Assembly: GCA_963776345.1 (NCBI GenBank)
Contig: CAVZMH010000016.1
Coordinates: 320,001 to 384,000 of the forward strand
Length of the DNA stretch: 64,000 bases
DNA from: an uncultured delta proteobacterium
Lineage (GTDB): Bacteria; Myxococcota; Myxococcia; Myxococcales; Myxococcaceae
Direction: 5' to 3'
Under the pieces are notes generated by a model, which ran no database searches, had not been told where the DNA came from, and saw only the letters and a list, made by a program, of their open reading frames with translations. Positions within the stretch are counted from its first letter, which is position 1, and every line of letters starts with the position of its first letter. The position numbers and the translations under genes were made by a program. Below are positions 8,573-18,807 of this stretch, one piece after another.

Positions 8573-10498
8573 CTACAGCTTACGCCCCTTCAGGAGGTCA
8601 CCGAGCGTGCCGAAGCCCTTCCCGCCGCCCCCGCTCGGACGCTCTTTGCGCTGCCACGCCTCCATCTCCGCCCGCTCGGCCGCGCGCTCCGCCGCAGTGA
8701 GCGACAGCCGGATCTTCCCGGTGGCGTCCACCTCGAGGATCTGCGCCTTCAGCGCCTGCCCGAGCTGGAAGTGCCGCTTGAGGTCCGTGCCCCGCTCGGT
8801 CCCGGTCTCGCTCGCCGGCACGAGGCCCCGGCCGCCCGCGAAGACCAGGAACACGCCGTAGGGCTCGATCCGGTCCACCGTGCCCTCGACCGCCTGGCCC
8901 GCCTTCGGGCGCGGCGCGGACTCGCGCTTCGGCGCGGCCTGCTTGCCCACCGCCGGCTCGGGGGCCGGGGCCGAGGTCGAGACCCCGCTGCCCACCGGCA
9001 CGCCGTCGACCACCAGCCGGAGCCCGATGCGCTTCTCGGCCGGGTCCACCTTCTCCACCGCGACCTCGACCGTGTCGCCGACCTTGACCACGTCGCGCGG
9101 ATGCGCGATGCGCCGCTCGGACATCGCCGAGATGTGGATCAGCCCGTCCACGCCGGGGCGCAGCTCGACGAAGGCTCCGAACGGCTGCAGCCGCACCACC
9201 TTGCCCTGGAGCCGGTCACCGTCCTTGAGCCCCGCGGCGAACGCCTTCCACGGATCCTCCTGGCGGGCGCGCATCGACAGCGTGATGCGCTCCTTGTGCT
9301 TGGCCTTGTCCGGCGAGTTCGGGTGCGGCGGCTCGATGCGGAGCACCTCCACCTCGACCGTGTCGCCGACGCTCGCCACCTCGCTCGGGTGCGCCACCCG
9401 CGCATGCGAGAGCTCGGAGAGCGGCACCAGCCCCTCCACGCCGCCCAGGTCCACGAAGACTCCGAAGTCGCGAACGCCGGTCACCGTGCCCTGGAGCACC
9501 TTGCCCCCGGCGAGGGCCTTGCGGGTCTCGGCGGCCAGCGCCTTCTGCTCGTCCTCCAGCAGGGCGCGCCGGCTGAGCACCACGTTCCGCTCGCGGACCT
9601 CGGTCACCCGGAAGCGCAGCCGTTCGCCGATGTACTGGTCCGGCTTGTCCACGAACCGCAGGTCCATCTGGCTCAGCGGGACGAACGCCCGCGCATCGCC
9701 CACCGCCACCTCGAACCCGCCCTTGTTGACCGCGAGGACGAGCCCCTCCACCGGCATGCCGCCCGCCCGCGCCTCGGCGAGCATCGCCAGCGACGCCGAG
9801 CCCTTGCTCAGGGTGCGGCTGAGGATGACGCCCTTGGCGCCCGCCTCCACCACGTGGGCCTCGACCGTGTCGCCCACGCCGAAGCGGAGGATGCCCTCGT
9901 CGTCCTTGAGCTCGCGGAGGTCGATCATCGCCTCGGTGCGGCCACCGAGCGTCAGGAACGCCGTGTCCGCGCCGAGCTGGAAGATGGTCCCGGTCACCCG
10001 CTCGCCGATCCGCGGCATCCGGCGGTGCCCCCCGCCCTCCTGCTTCGCGTGGGCCTCGTACATCTCGGCGAAGGACTGGTTCTCGGGGACCTCCTCGTAC
10101 ACCGCGGTCCGGGGGGCGGGCGGGGCCGCGGGGGCGGCTGTCTCCACCGGCGCCGGACCGGCCTCTTCGGGGGCTGCCGGGCGCGGCTCCTCGGCCTTCG
10201 GCGTCTCGGGCGCCCGGGTCTCGATGGCCCCGCTCGCTCGGCGCACCACCACCAGAGGTCCCTGCGGCTTGCGGCGCTCGGGCTTCCGCGGCTCGCGGCG
10301 CGGGGTCTCGGCCTGCGGAGTCTCGCTCCCGGCCGGTGCGGCGGACGCAGGCGCGTCGCGGCGGCGCTCGCCGCGCGGTCGCTCCTCGCGCTCTCCACCG
10401 CGGCCCGCGGGGATGCCCAGCATCACGTCCCCGAAGGTGGCCCGCGGCTTCCTGGGCCCGAAGCCACCCTTGTCCGGGCCCTTCCGATCGTCACTCAC
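8573..10498 (-). CDS. Multi-S1-domain RNA-binding protein (ribosomal protein S1 paralog)
   Basis: Repeated S1 motifs (GTVTGVRDFGVFVDLGGVEGLV, GKVVRLQPFGAFVELRPGVDGLIHIS), C-terminal GFGTLGDLL; GTG start at 10498 chosen from an upstream GAGGAG. Confidence 0.85.
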   Translation of the reverse strand: MSDDRKGPDKGGFGPRKPRATFGDVMLGIPAGRGGEREERPRGERRRDAPASAAPAGSETPQAETPRREPRKPERRKPQGPLVVVRRASGAIETRAPETPKAEEPRPAAPEEAGPAPVETAAPAAPPAPRTAVYEEVPENQSFAEMYEAHAKQEGGGHRRMPRIGERVTGTIFQLGADTAFLTLGGRTEAMIDLRELKDDEGILRFGVGDTVEAHVVEAGAKGVILSRTLSKGSASLAMLAEARAGGMPVEGLVLAVNKGGFEVAVGDARAFVPLSQMDLRFVDKPDQYIGERLRFRVTEVRERNVVLSRRALLEDEQKALAAETRKALAGGKVLQGTVTGVRDFGVFVDLGGVEGLVPLSELSHARVAHPSEVASVGDTVEVEVLRIEPPHPNSPDKAKHKERITLSMRARQEDPWKAFAAGLKDGDRLQGKVVRLQPFGAFVELRPGVDGLIHISAMSERRIAHPRDVVKVGDTVEVAVEKVDPAEKRIGLRLVVDGVPVGSGVSTSAPAPEPAVGKQAAPKRESAPRPKAGQAVEGTVDRIEPYGVFLVFAGGRGLVPASETGTERGTDLKRHFQLGQALKAQILEVDATGKIRLSLTAAERAAERAEMEAWQRKERPSGGGGKGFGTLGDLLKGRKL

Positions 10499-10652
10499 CT
10501 CGATGCTCCTCGCTGCAGCGGTCCGCCCCGTTCCACGCCGGGAGCGCACCTCCGGCCGTGCTCCCTGTCGTGAGGGCCGCGGGTCATTGCACATCCTCCG
10601 CTTGGGGGCAAAGGGGGCCGCCTCCCGATTGCAACGAGAGCGGACCGGTCCG

Positions 10653-12302
10653 TCAGGCCCGCAGCCGGGAGATGACACTCCGGAGCTGGGACGCGCCCCC
10701 GAGGGCGGTCAGACCCAGGTACACCGCACCGAAGACCGGGACGAGCAGCGCGGCCACCAGGATGGGGTCCAAGGCGGGCGCGGGCAGCACCTGGGCCCCC
10801 CACGCCCGGGCCAGGGAAGGCGCCGGACCGGCCCGCTGGGTGAGCCACACCTTCCCCAGGAGGGCGAGCGCCCCGGCCACCCCCGCGCTCCCCCAGAACC
10901 ACCCCAGCCGGCGGGCGGGGATGCCCGTCTTGCCGATGCGGCGCGCCAGGGCCCGGCGGAGCAGGAGGTACTCGAGCCAGGCGGCGAACCCGGTGGTGGC
11001 GGTGATGCCCACCGCGCCGATCTCCACCGGCACCCCGAACCAGCCCGGCCCGTAGCGCACCGAGACGTAGGCCAGGACCGCCGAGAGCACGACCCGGATC
11101 GAGGCGAAGGCCAGCGGGGTGCGGGTGTCCTGGAGCGCGTAGAAGGCCGAGGCGTACAGCCGCCCCAGCGTCCCGGCCACCAGCCCCACCGCCGAGCCCA
11201 TCAGGAGGTACCAGAGCCACCGGGCGTCGGCGGCGTCGAACCGGCCGGTCTGGAAGAGGAGCGCCCCGAGCACGTCGCCGACGAGCAGGAAGGCCACCGC
11301 GGAGGGGACGACGAAGAAGGCGATGCGCTCCAGCCCCGTGTCGATGCGCCGGCGGAGCCGCTCGGAGGCCTCGGGCCCGAGCGCGGTCTCGCGGGCCAGC
11401 TCGGGCAGCTCGGCCGCCGAGACCGACATCCCGAACAGCGACACCGGGAGCAGCGCCAGGAGCTGGGTGTACCCGAGCACTGCCACCGTCTGGGGCGAGA
11501 TGAGCGACGCGTAGTAGGTGTCCACCAGCGCGCTCACCTGGACCACGCCGCGGGCCACCAGGATGGGGGCGAAGCCCTTGAGCACGGCGCGCATCGCGGC
11601 GCTGGTGGTGTCGAGCGACGGCCGGAAGCGCCCCAGCAGCGGCCAGAGCACCGGGAGCTGCACCGCGAACTGGAGCCCGCTCCCAGCCACCACCCCCCAG
11701 GCGAGGAGCGTGGTCAGCCGGTCCTCGTCCACCCGCGGCCCCGCTGCCACCAGCACCGCGATCTGCGCCAGGTTCCAGACCACCGGCGCGGCGTAGGAGA
11801 GGAAGAACTTCCGGTGGCTGTTGAGCACCCCCAGGCACCAGGCCGACAGCACCAGGAGCCCGGTGCTGGGGAAGAGGATGCGGGTGAGCTGGACCGCCTT
11901 GGCGAAGGCCGCCGGCCCGGTCTCGGCGAAGCCGCCCACCACCGCTCCGACGATCCACGGCGCGGCGAACACGCCGAGCGCCACCAGCACCGCGACCAGC
12001 AGCGAGAGGAGCCCGAACACCGCGCTCGCCACCCGGTCCGCGTCCTCGTGGCGGCCCTCGCCCAGGAGCCGGGCGTACACCGGGATGAAGGAGGCCGAGA
12101 GCACGCCCTCCCCGAACAGGTTCTGCAGCACGTTCGGAATGCGGAGCGCCGCGGTGAACGCGCCGGCCAGCGCCGAGGTGCTCAGGTAGTGGGCGAAGAC
12201 CCGCTGCCGGACGAGCCCCATCAGCCGCGAGGCAAGGATGCCCAGCGCCACCAGCGTGGCACCCCGGCCCGAGCTCCTGGTTGGCTCCCTGGCGTCGCTC
12301 AC
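10653..12302 (-). CDS. murJ: Lipid II flippase MurJ (MviN)
   Basis: ASRLMGLVRQ, ALRIPNVLQNLFGEGVLSASFIPVY, AFYALQDTRTP; start approximate. Confidence 0.92.
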   Translation of the reverse strand: MSDAREPTRSSGRGATLVALGILASRLMGLVRQRVFAHYLSTSALAGAFTAALRIPNVLQNLFGEGVLSASFIPVYARLLGEGRHEDADRVASAVFGLLSLLVAVLVALGVFAAPWIVGAVVGGFAETGPAAFAKAVQLTRILFPSTGLLVLSAWCLGVLNSHRKFFLSYAAPVVWNLAQIAVLVAAGPRVDEDRLTTLLAWGVVAGSGLQFAVQLPVLWPLLGRFRPSLDTTSAAMRAVLKGFAPILVARGVVQVSALVDTYYASLISPQTVAVLGYTQLLALLPVSLFGMSVSAAELPELARETALGPEASERLRRRIDTGLERIAFFVVPSAVAFLLVGDVLGALLFQTGRFDAADARWLWYLLMGSAVGLVAGTLGRLYASAFYALQDTRTPLAFASIRVVLSAVLAYVSVRYGPGWFGVPVEIGAVGITATTGFAAWLEYLLLRRALARRIGKTGIPARRLGWFWGSAGVAGALALLGKVWLTQRAGPAPSLARAWGAQVLPAPALDPILVAALLVPVFGAVYLGLTALGGASQLRSVISRLRA

Positions 12303-12391
12303 GGTCGGCGGCACTCTAGGGTCTCGAACGGCTCGCGGGGGTCCTCTTGACGCCGTGCGTCCGGGACCGCATGGTGGCCGGCTCGCCCCAC

Positions 12392-13790
12392 ATGGCAAAG
12401 GTTCTGGTCATCGATGACGAGGCGAACCTCCGGAAGGTGCTCGCCGCGCTGCTCCGCCGGGACGGCTACGACGTCTCCATCGCCGCAGGACGGCGAGGTG
12501 GGCCTGGCCGAGTTCCAGAAGAACGGCGCCGACGCGGTGATCACCGATCTGGTGATGCCCAAGCTCGGGGGGATGGAGGTGCTCCGGGCGATCAACTCCT
12601 CCGACCCCGAGGTGCCGGTGATCATCATCACCGCCCACGGCACGGTGGACTCGGCGGTGGAGGCCATCAAGCTCGGCGCCTTCGACTACGTCACCAAGCC
12701 CTTCGACCAGAGCGAGCTCTCCAACGTCCTGGCCAAGGCGATCCGCACCCACGAGTCCGCCCGCCGCAACGCCCGCGGCGAGCGCGGACGTCCCGCGCTG
12801 GTCGGCGAGTCGACCCAGATGCAGGAGGTGCTGCGGATCATCGACAAGGTCGCGGACACGCCGTCCACCGTCCTGATCACCGGCGAGAGCGGCACCGGGA
12901 AGGAGCTCATCGCGACCGCCCTGCACGAGGGCAGCTCGCGCCGCGACAAGCCGTTCATCCGCATCAACTGCGCGGCCATCCCCCGCGACCTCATCGAGTC
13001 CGAGCTCTTCGGCTACGAGCGCGGGGCGTTCACCGGCGCGGTCACCTCCAAGCCCGGGCGCTTCGAGCTCGCCGACGGGGGGACGCTGTTCCTCGACGAG
13101 ATCGGCGAGATCCCCGTCGAGATGCAGGTGAAGCTCCTGCGCGCCCTTCAAGAGAGCGAGTTCGAGCGGGTGGGCGGCATCAAGACCACCCGGGTGGACG
13201 TCCGGCTCATCGCCGCCACCAACCGCGACCTCAACGCGGAGATCGAGGCCGGCCGCTTCCGCAAGGACCTCTATTACCGGCTGGCCGTGGTGCCCATCAG
13301 CCTCCCCCCGCTCCGGGAGCGGCCGAGCGACATCGCCACCCTGGTGCGTCACTTCGTCGACAAGTACAACCGCCGCCTGAACAAGCGGATCGAGGGGATG
13401 ACCGACGAGGCCCTGACGCTCCTGCAGGCCTACGCCTGGCCGGGCAACATCCGGGAGCTGGAGAACCTGGTCGAGCGCACCCTGCTCTTCGCCGACGGGC
13501 CGCTCATCGGTGCGGACGATCTGCCTCACTCCGTGCGGGCCCCCGGCGCCGCCACCCCGGTGCCGGGGCCAGGCCCCGCGCCCGGGACGCTCCCGGCCCC
13601 CGCGGGCGAGAGCGGGCTCAAGGACATCGTCCGGCAGCGCGCCGCGGAGCTGGAGAAGGACCTCATCACCCGCGCCCTCGAGGAGACGGGGGGCAACGTC
13701 ACCCGCGCGGCGAAGCTCTTGCAGATCAGCCGGAAGTCGCTGCAGACCAAGATGAAGGAGTTCTCGCTTCGCGACGACGGCGACGAGTGA
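12392..13790 (+). CDS. Sigma-54-dependent response regulator (NtrC family: REC-AAA+-Fis HTH); +1 frameshift near 12486
   Basis: [15 protein letters not shown] receiver start in one frame continues as [40 protein letters not shown] and an HTH in the next frame. Confidence 0.9.
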
Positions 13791-13824
13791 GCGTGGAGGC
13801 GGACGGGCAACGATGCCGGTGAAG

Positions 13825-14893
13825 ATGCCAGTGCTGGGCCAGCCGGCCCGGCGCAAGTCGGGTGGGCTGGGGTGGGTGCTGTTCCTCGTCGTCGCGGTGG
13901 CCGCGCGGGGGCTACCTCTGGCACCGGAAGCATCGCCCTCCCCCGCCCGTGGCCACGGTGCCGGTGGTGGCGCCTGCGCCGGTGATCAGCGTCCCCGGGT
14001 CGACGGCCGTCCCGGGCGCGGCGATGGCGCCGGTCCTGCCGCCGGTGCAGCCCGGCCCGCGTCACCTCGCGGTGCGCATCGACGGTGCGCTGGAGACGGC
14101 GCTGGTCGCCGGCGCGGGGACCGAGACCGGCCCGGCGCTCGCCCAGGTGGTGAAGCGCGTGCTGGTGTGGTGGGTGGCGGTCCCGGCCGACCTCCGCCGG
14201 GGCGACCTGCTCGACGTGCTCTACGAGCCGCAGCCCGGGCAGGAGCCGCTGGTGCTCGCGGTCCGGCTCCAGAGCGCGAAGGCCGGGCGCACCTTCGAGG
14301 CCTACCGCTTCAAGCCGTCGGGCGCGCAGTTCGCGCGCTTCTACGGCCCGGACGGCGACGACCTCGAGCTCCGGCTCGACCCCTCCCCGCTGGACAGCTG
14401 GGAGCAGATCACCTCGCTGCTCAAGGACGGCCGGAGGCACAAGGGCGTGGACTTCAAGACCCCGGTGGGCACGCCGGTGAAGGCCACCTTCGACGGGACC
14501 ATCACCCGGAAGAACTGGTTCTTCCGCGGCAACGGCAACAGCCTCGAGGTGACCGAGGCCGCGGCCCCGTCCCGGAAGGCCGTCTTCCTCCACCTCTCCG
14601 AGCTGCCGCGGACGCTCACCGTGGGGACCAAGGTGAAGCGCGGCGAGGTCATCGCCCACAGCGGCAACAGCGGGCACAGCTTCGCGCCGCACCTGCACTA
14701 CCAGCTGATGTCGGCGTCGGACCAGGTGCTGGACCCGTTCGACGTGCAGGCCACGCGCAGGGTCTCCCTCGGGCCGGCAGAACGAGTGGGGCTCACCGAG
14801 CAGGTCGCGAAGTGGCGGTCGATGATGACCAGCCCGGTGGCGGCCACGCCCGGGACGGCGCTCCAGGCGGGCACTCCCGCCGCGGCCCGCTGA
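13825..14893 (+). CDS. M23 family metallopeptidase with N-terminal TM anchor; +1 frameshift near 13905
   Basis: HKGVD (HxxxD) and PHLHY (HxH) zinc motifs; the TM segment GWVLFLVVAVAA lies in the upstream frame. Confidence 0.85.
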
Positions 14894-15059
14894 ACGAGCG
14901 ACACCAGCGGCAGTGTTCCCGATCTCTTGAGCGGTTGAACTCCCCTACAGCTCGGATTGCCGGCGCCGGTCGGAGAACTGCCACAAGTACATCTGCCGGC
15001 CGGTGCTTGAGGCCAAGATCGCGATCGCGCGCAGCTCAACCAGCAATGCATCCGCCCGG

Positions 15060-15887
15060 TCATCGCGCTCGCCCCGCTCCGAGCCGGTAGACCTCCGCGC
15101 TCGTCCACCCCGCCTGCCGCGCCACTTCGGTGGAGAGCGTCTTCAGTCGCTCGCCCCGCGCGAGACCTGCCTCGAGCGCTGCACGGACCTCGGTCTCGGT
15201 CCAGCGCGTCGCCTCGGTCCGACCTTCGACCAGCACCACCACCTCGCCCAGTGGCGGCGTGTCGCGGTACCGCCCGGCGAGCTCGGGCAGCGTCCCGCGT
15301 ACGAACTCCTCGTGCACCTTGGTGAGCTCGCGCGCCACCACGGCGCGGCGAGGCCCGAGCGCCGCCTCGAGGTCGGCCAGCGTCTCGCCCAGCCGGCGCG
15401 CCGACTCGTAGAGCACCAGCGTCGCCCGGAGGCCCGCGACCTCGTCCAGCACCGCGGTCCGGTCCGGCCCCGAGCGCGGCAGGAACCCGAGGAAGTGGAA
15501 GCGCCCCGACGGCAGGCCCGAGGCGCTCAGCGCGGCGATGACCGCGCTCGGCCCCGGCACCGGAACCACGGGGATGCCGCGCGCCACCGCCTCCGCCACC
15601 AGCGCCTCGCCGGGGTCGCTGATGCCCGGGCTGCCCGCGTCGGTCACCAGCGCCCCGTCCTCGCCGGCCTCGAGCCGGGCGAGGATGCCCCCCACCCGCT
15701 CCTTCTCCGCGAACGCCGGGAGGCTCAGGAGCGGCGCCTGGACCCCGAGCGACCGCAGCCACGGGCCCGAGTGCCGGGTGTCCTCGCAGACGACGAACGC
15801 CACGGCCCGCAGCACCTCGGCCGCCCGGGCGGTCACGTCTCCCAGGTTCCCGATGGGCGTCGCGACGAGGTGGAGGGTGCCGGCCAT
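15060..15887 (-). CDS. rsmI: 16S rRNA (cytidine1402-2'-O)-methyltransferase
   Basis: LVATPIGNLGDVT, CEDTR, DAGSPGISDPG, ARELTKVHEE. Confidence 0.95.
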   Translation of the reverse strand: MAGTLHLVATPIGNLGDVTARAAEVLRAVAFVVCEDTRHSGPWLRSLGVQAPLLSLPAFAEKERVGGILARLEAGEDGALVTDAGSPGISDPGEALVAEAVARGIPVVPVPGPSAVIAALSASGLPSGRFHFLGFLPRSGPDRTAVLDEVAGLRATLVLYESARRLGETLADLEAALGPRRAVVARELTKVHEEFVRGTLPELAGRYRDTPPLGEVVVLVEGRTEATRWTETEVRAALEAGLARGERLKTLSTEVARQAGWTSAEVYRLGAGRAR

Positions 15888-15909
15888 GGTCGCCTGGCCG
15901 GCGACGCTC

Positions 15910-16281
15910 TCACATCCCGGCGTCGAACGCCCCGGGCAGGTGCTCGATGACCGCCGCCGTCCCCCGGCCGAGGACGGTCATCACGTCGAAGCGGATCATC
16001 CGCCGCGGCGCGGGGCGGCGTTGAAGGTAGCGGAGCGCCGCGCGCACCACCCGCCGCTGCTTCTCCCGCGTCACCGTCAGCGATGGGTCCCCGAAGCGCG
16101 CCGAGGTCCGCATCCGCACCTCGACGAAGCAGAGGAACTCACCGCGTTCCGCCACGATGTCCAGCTCGCCTTCCCGTACCAGCCAGTTCCGCTCGCGGAT
16201 GCGGTACCCCGCGCGCTCCAGCCAGGCCACGCACTGCTCCTCGGCCTCGGAGCCGAGCCTCGATCAATCCACCTCGCCCAT
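15910..16281 (-). CDS. yraN: YraN family (UPF0102) nuclease-like protein; in-frame TGA at codon 6
   Basis: MGEVD*SRLGSEAEEQCVAWLERAGYRIRERNW..GELDIVA..FVEVR..IRFDV; upstream of rsmI. Confidence 0.85.
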
Positions 16282-16326
16282 CCCCCACCCCCGACCTCCG
16301 ACCTGCCGGGAACTGTACGGAGCGGG

Positions 16327-18180
16327 TCAGACGTTCAGGGAGCCCTCGGACAGCGAGGCGAACACCGGGTGGGCGGTGAGGTGGAGCAGCTGCGTCACGC
16401 CACCGATCCCCTTGAGCATCCGGCCGAGCATCGGCAGCCGCGCCTCGTCCATGCCGGTGGCCATGTCCTCCAGCAGCACCGGCATCGGCTCCTGGGCCAC
16501 CAGCTGCTCGATCAGCACCAGCCGGAGCGCGAGCCAGACCCAGTCCACGTCACGCGGGTCGAGCTGCCCCACCGGCACCGCGCGCCCCCCGACCCGCGCC
16601 GTCCCCTTCCCGTCGTGGCCGATCTCCAGGCCCTCCACCCGGCGCTCGGTCAGCGCGATCAGATACTGCGCGCACCGCTCGGCGAGCCGCGAGGCCAGAG
16701 TGGGCACGTCCAGCGCAAGGAGATCCGCCGCCGCGCTCACCAGCGCGGGCGTGAAGTCGTCGAGCGTCTCGGGCGCCGCCGCCGCCGGGACGCCCGGAGT
16801 CGAGACCCGCCGCGGGCCGGGGGTCAGGGCCTCCCGCATCCGCGCCATCTCCCGCTCCACCTCGCGCGCGTCACGCACGTAGCTGCCCTTCTCCGCGAGG
16901 CGGCCGTTGAGCGACACCTGCTCGGCGTGGAGCTCCGCGAGCTGCATCGCCGCCGCCACGTACTCCGGGTTCAGCTTCGCCGCGCCGAGCTGCCGCTCGA
17001 GCTCCGCCACCCGGGCGCTCCACTTCCCGTGCTCCTCGAGCGCGGCAACGATCTCGTGCGGCTGCTCGACGCCGAGGATCTTCATCGCGTTGCGGACCGG
17101 CTGGGCGTCGGTCTCGAACTGCTCGCGCACCTCCCGCTCGCGGTCGCCGAGCCGGTCCCCCTTGCGGACGGCCAGCTCGACCCACTGGAGGTCCTCGACC
17201 CGCTTCAGCGCCACCAGCGCCGCCAGGCCGAAGGCGGGGATGTCCAGCAGCGCGATGTACTTCAGCGGCCCGGTCACTGTGGCGCCGAAGAACAGCGCCG
17301 CGGCCCCCAGCGCCATCCCGGCCCAGAACCGCCCATCGCGCGAGAGCGGGGCCGGCGCGGGTGCGGTGGCCACGTCGAGCTGCCGCTCTGCCTCGAGCTT
17401 GGCGAACGTCTCGTCGACCTTCGCCACCAGCGCCGGGAAGGCCCGGGCACGCTCGACGATGTCGGGGATCAGCCCCAGCCCTTCCACGGTGGGCGCCTGC
17501 TGCAGCCCTCGCTGAGCCTCGGCAAGCTCCTGCTCCAGGCCCTGCACCGACTTCACCCGGGACTCCAGCTGGAACACCTGGGCGCTCACCCCGTCGGCGC
17601 GGAACTGCAGCCGCTCGACCTCCGTCGCGAGCGCCATCTCCTTCTCCAGCTCGGCCAGCCGTGCCCGGGCCTGCGCCGGATCCACCGGTGGCTCGGGGGT
17701 GGACGCGCCGCCGCCGGCCAGCCGCGACGACGATGCCGCCGGGCGCTTCGGCCGCTTGCTGGGGAGCTGCCCGGGGGTGAAGGTGAAGAGCTGCTCGTAC
17801 CGGCTGCGCGGGGGGAAGCCCACCTGCGCGCGGAGGAACTGGGCCATCTCCGACGGGTCCTCGGTGACGAGGTCGTGCCCGCGGGTGCTGGGGTTCACCC
17901 GGTGGAGGGCGCCCGAGCGGCCCAGCTCGCGGAGGATTCGGTAGGTCGCCCGGTCGCGCCCGACGATCCACAGCGCGGCCTTGCTGGTGGTCCCGCCCTC
18001 GGCCGACGCGTAGCGCGCATCCCCCCCGCGCCCGTCGGGGAAGCACAGCTCGGAGGTGAGCCCAACGAGCGGCGCCCCCGGGGTCTGGGGGAGCAACGTC
18101 CAGTAGCCTGGCTTCAGGGAGACGCGAACGCTGGGCAGGAACCCGCGGACGCCCTGGAGCGCGAACTCGACCCAGTGCAT
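16327..18180 (-). CDS. SMC/SbcC/YhaN-like coiled-coil protein with internal TM hairpin and degenerate ATPase motifs
   Basis: N-terminal ALQGVRGF..LKPGY, long coiled coils, C-terminal WLALRLVL..PVLLED..QLLHLT. Confidence 0.7.
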   Translation of the reverse strand: MHWVEFALQGVRGFLPSVRVSLKPGYWTLLPQTPGAPLVGLTSELCFPDGRGGDARYASAEGGTTSKAALWIVGRDRATYRILRELGRSGALHRVNPSTRGHDLVTEDPSEMAQFLRAQVGFPPRSRYEQLFTFTPGQLPSKRPKRPAASSSRLAGGGASTPEPPVDPAQARARLAELEKEMALATEVERLQFRADGVSAQVFQLESRVKSVQGLEQELAEAQRGLQQAPTVEGLGLIPDIVERARAFPALVAKVDETFAKLEAERQLDVATAPAPAPLSRDGRFWAGMALGAAALFFGATVTGPLKYIALLDIPAFGLAALVALKRVEDLQWVELAVRKGDRLGDREREVREQFETDAQPVRNAMKILGVEQPHEIVAALEEHGKWSARVAELERQLGAAKLNPEYVAAAMQLAELHAEQVSLNGRLAEKGSYVRDAREVEREMARMREALTPGPRRVSTPGVPAAAAPETLDDFTPALVSAAADLLALDVPTLASRLAERCAQYLIALTERRVEGLEIGHDGKGTARVGGRAVPVGQLDPRDVDWVWLALRLVLIEQLVAQEPMPVLLEDMATGMDEARLPMLGRMLKGIGGVTQLLHLTAHPVFASLSEGSLNV

Positions 18181-18250
18181 GCGAGAACACCGAGTCTAGC
18201 CCAGCAGCCCGGCCGTCAGGCGCAGGGGCGCCGTCTGTCCGGGCTCAGCC

Positions 18251-18730
18251 CTACGCGGCGGCGGTGGTCTTGCCGGCCTTGGCCTTCTTGCCCTTGGGAG
18301 CCGGGCCGGCGGAAGGGGCCTCAGGAGCAGCCCCGGTGGCGGGCGCAGTGGCCGGCACGGGAGCGGCGGCGTCCTCGAGAATCTCCTCCTGGGTGTCCAC
18401 CCGGCTCGCCTTGCCGCGGAGACCGCGCAGGTAGAACAGCCGGTTGTGCCGCACGTCGCCGCGGGTCAGCACCTCGATGCGCTCGTAGCGGGGGCTGTGC
18501 AGCGGAAAGATGCGCTCCACGCCGACCCCGTAGGACATCTTGCGCACGGTGAAGGTCGCCCGGTTGGCGCCCTTGGTCTTGCGGATGACCACGCCCTCGA
18601 ACGGCTGCACCCGCTCCTTCTCGCCCTCGCGGACCTTCCAGTGCACGCGAACTGTGTCACCGGTGCGGAACTCGGTGATGTCCTTCCGCAGCTGCTTCGA
18701 CTCGACGTATTCCAGGGCGCTCGGGCGCAT
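18251..18730 (-). CDS. rplS: 50S ribosomal protein L19 (with Ala/Pro/Lys-rich tail)
   Basis: [52 protein letters not shown]. Confidence 0.97.
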   Translation of the reverse strand: MRPSALEYVESKQLRKDITEFRTGDTVRVHWKVREGEKERVQPFEGVVIRKTKGANRATFTVRKMSYGVGVERIFPLHSPRYERIEVLTRGDVRHNRLFYLRGLRGKASRVDTQEEILEDAAAPVPATAPATGAAPEAPSAGPAPKGKKAKAGKTTAAA

Positions 18731-18807
18731 GGCTACAGACTCCAACGGATGGGGAGCCGGGCCAGATAGCAGACGACCCGTCCTGTCGCAAGGCCAAGCC
18801 CCCGGAT

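Noticed and set aside
8880..12350. Very long antisense ORFs (1156 aa here; also 1309-3831, 15538-18552, 21948-24998, 39876-42617 and others)
   Set aside because: Shadow ORFs typical of high-GC DNA, opposite well-supported genes, with Arg/Pro/Ser-rich non-protein-like composition
14894..15059. RNase P RNA or 6S RNA downstream of rsmI
   Set aside because: Too short for rnpB and lacks GAGGAAAGUCC; no recognisable 6S conserved motifs or usual gene context; kept only as a weak finding
16264..16266. Selenocysteine recoding of the yraN TGA
   Set aside because: The position is not a Cys site in YraN and no SECIS-like hairpin was evident
18251..18380. Ala/Pro/Lys-rich C-terminal tail of L19
   Set aside because: Low-complexity tails on L19 are common and uninformative
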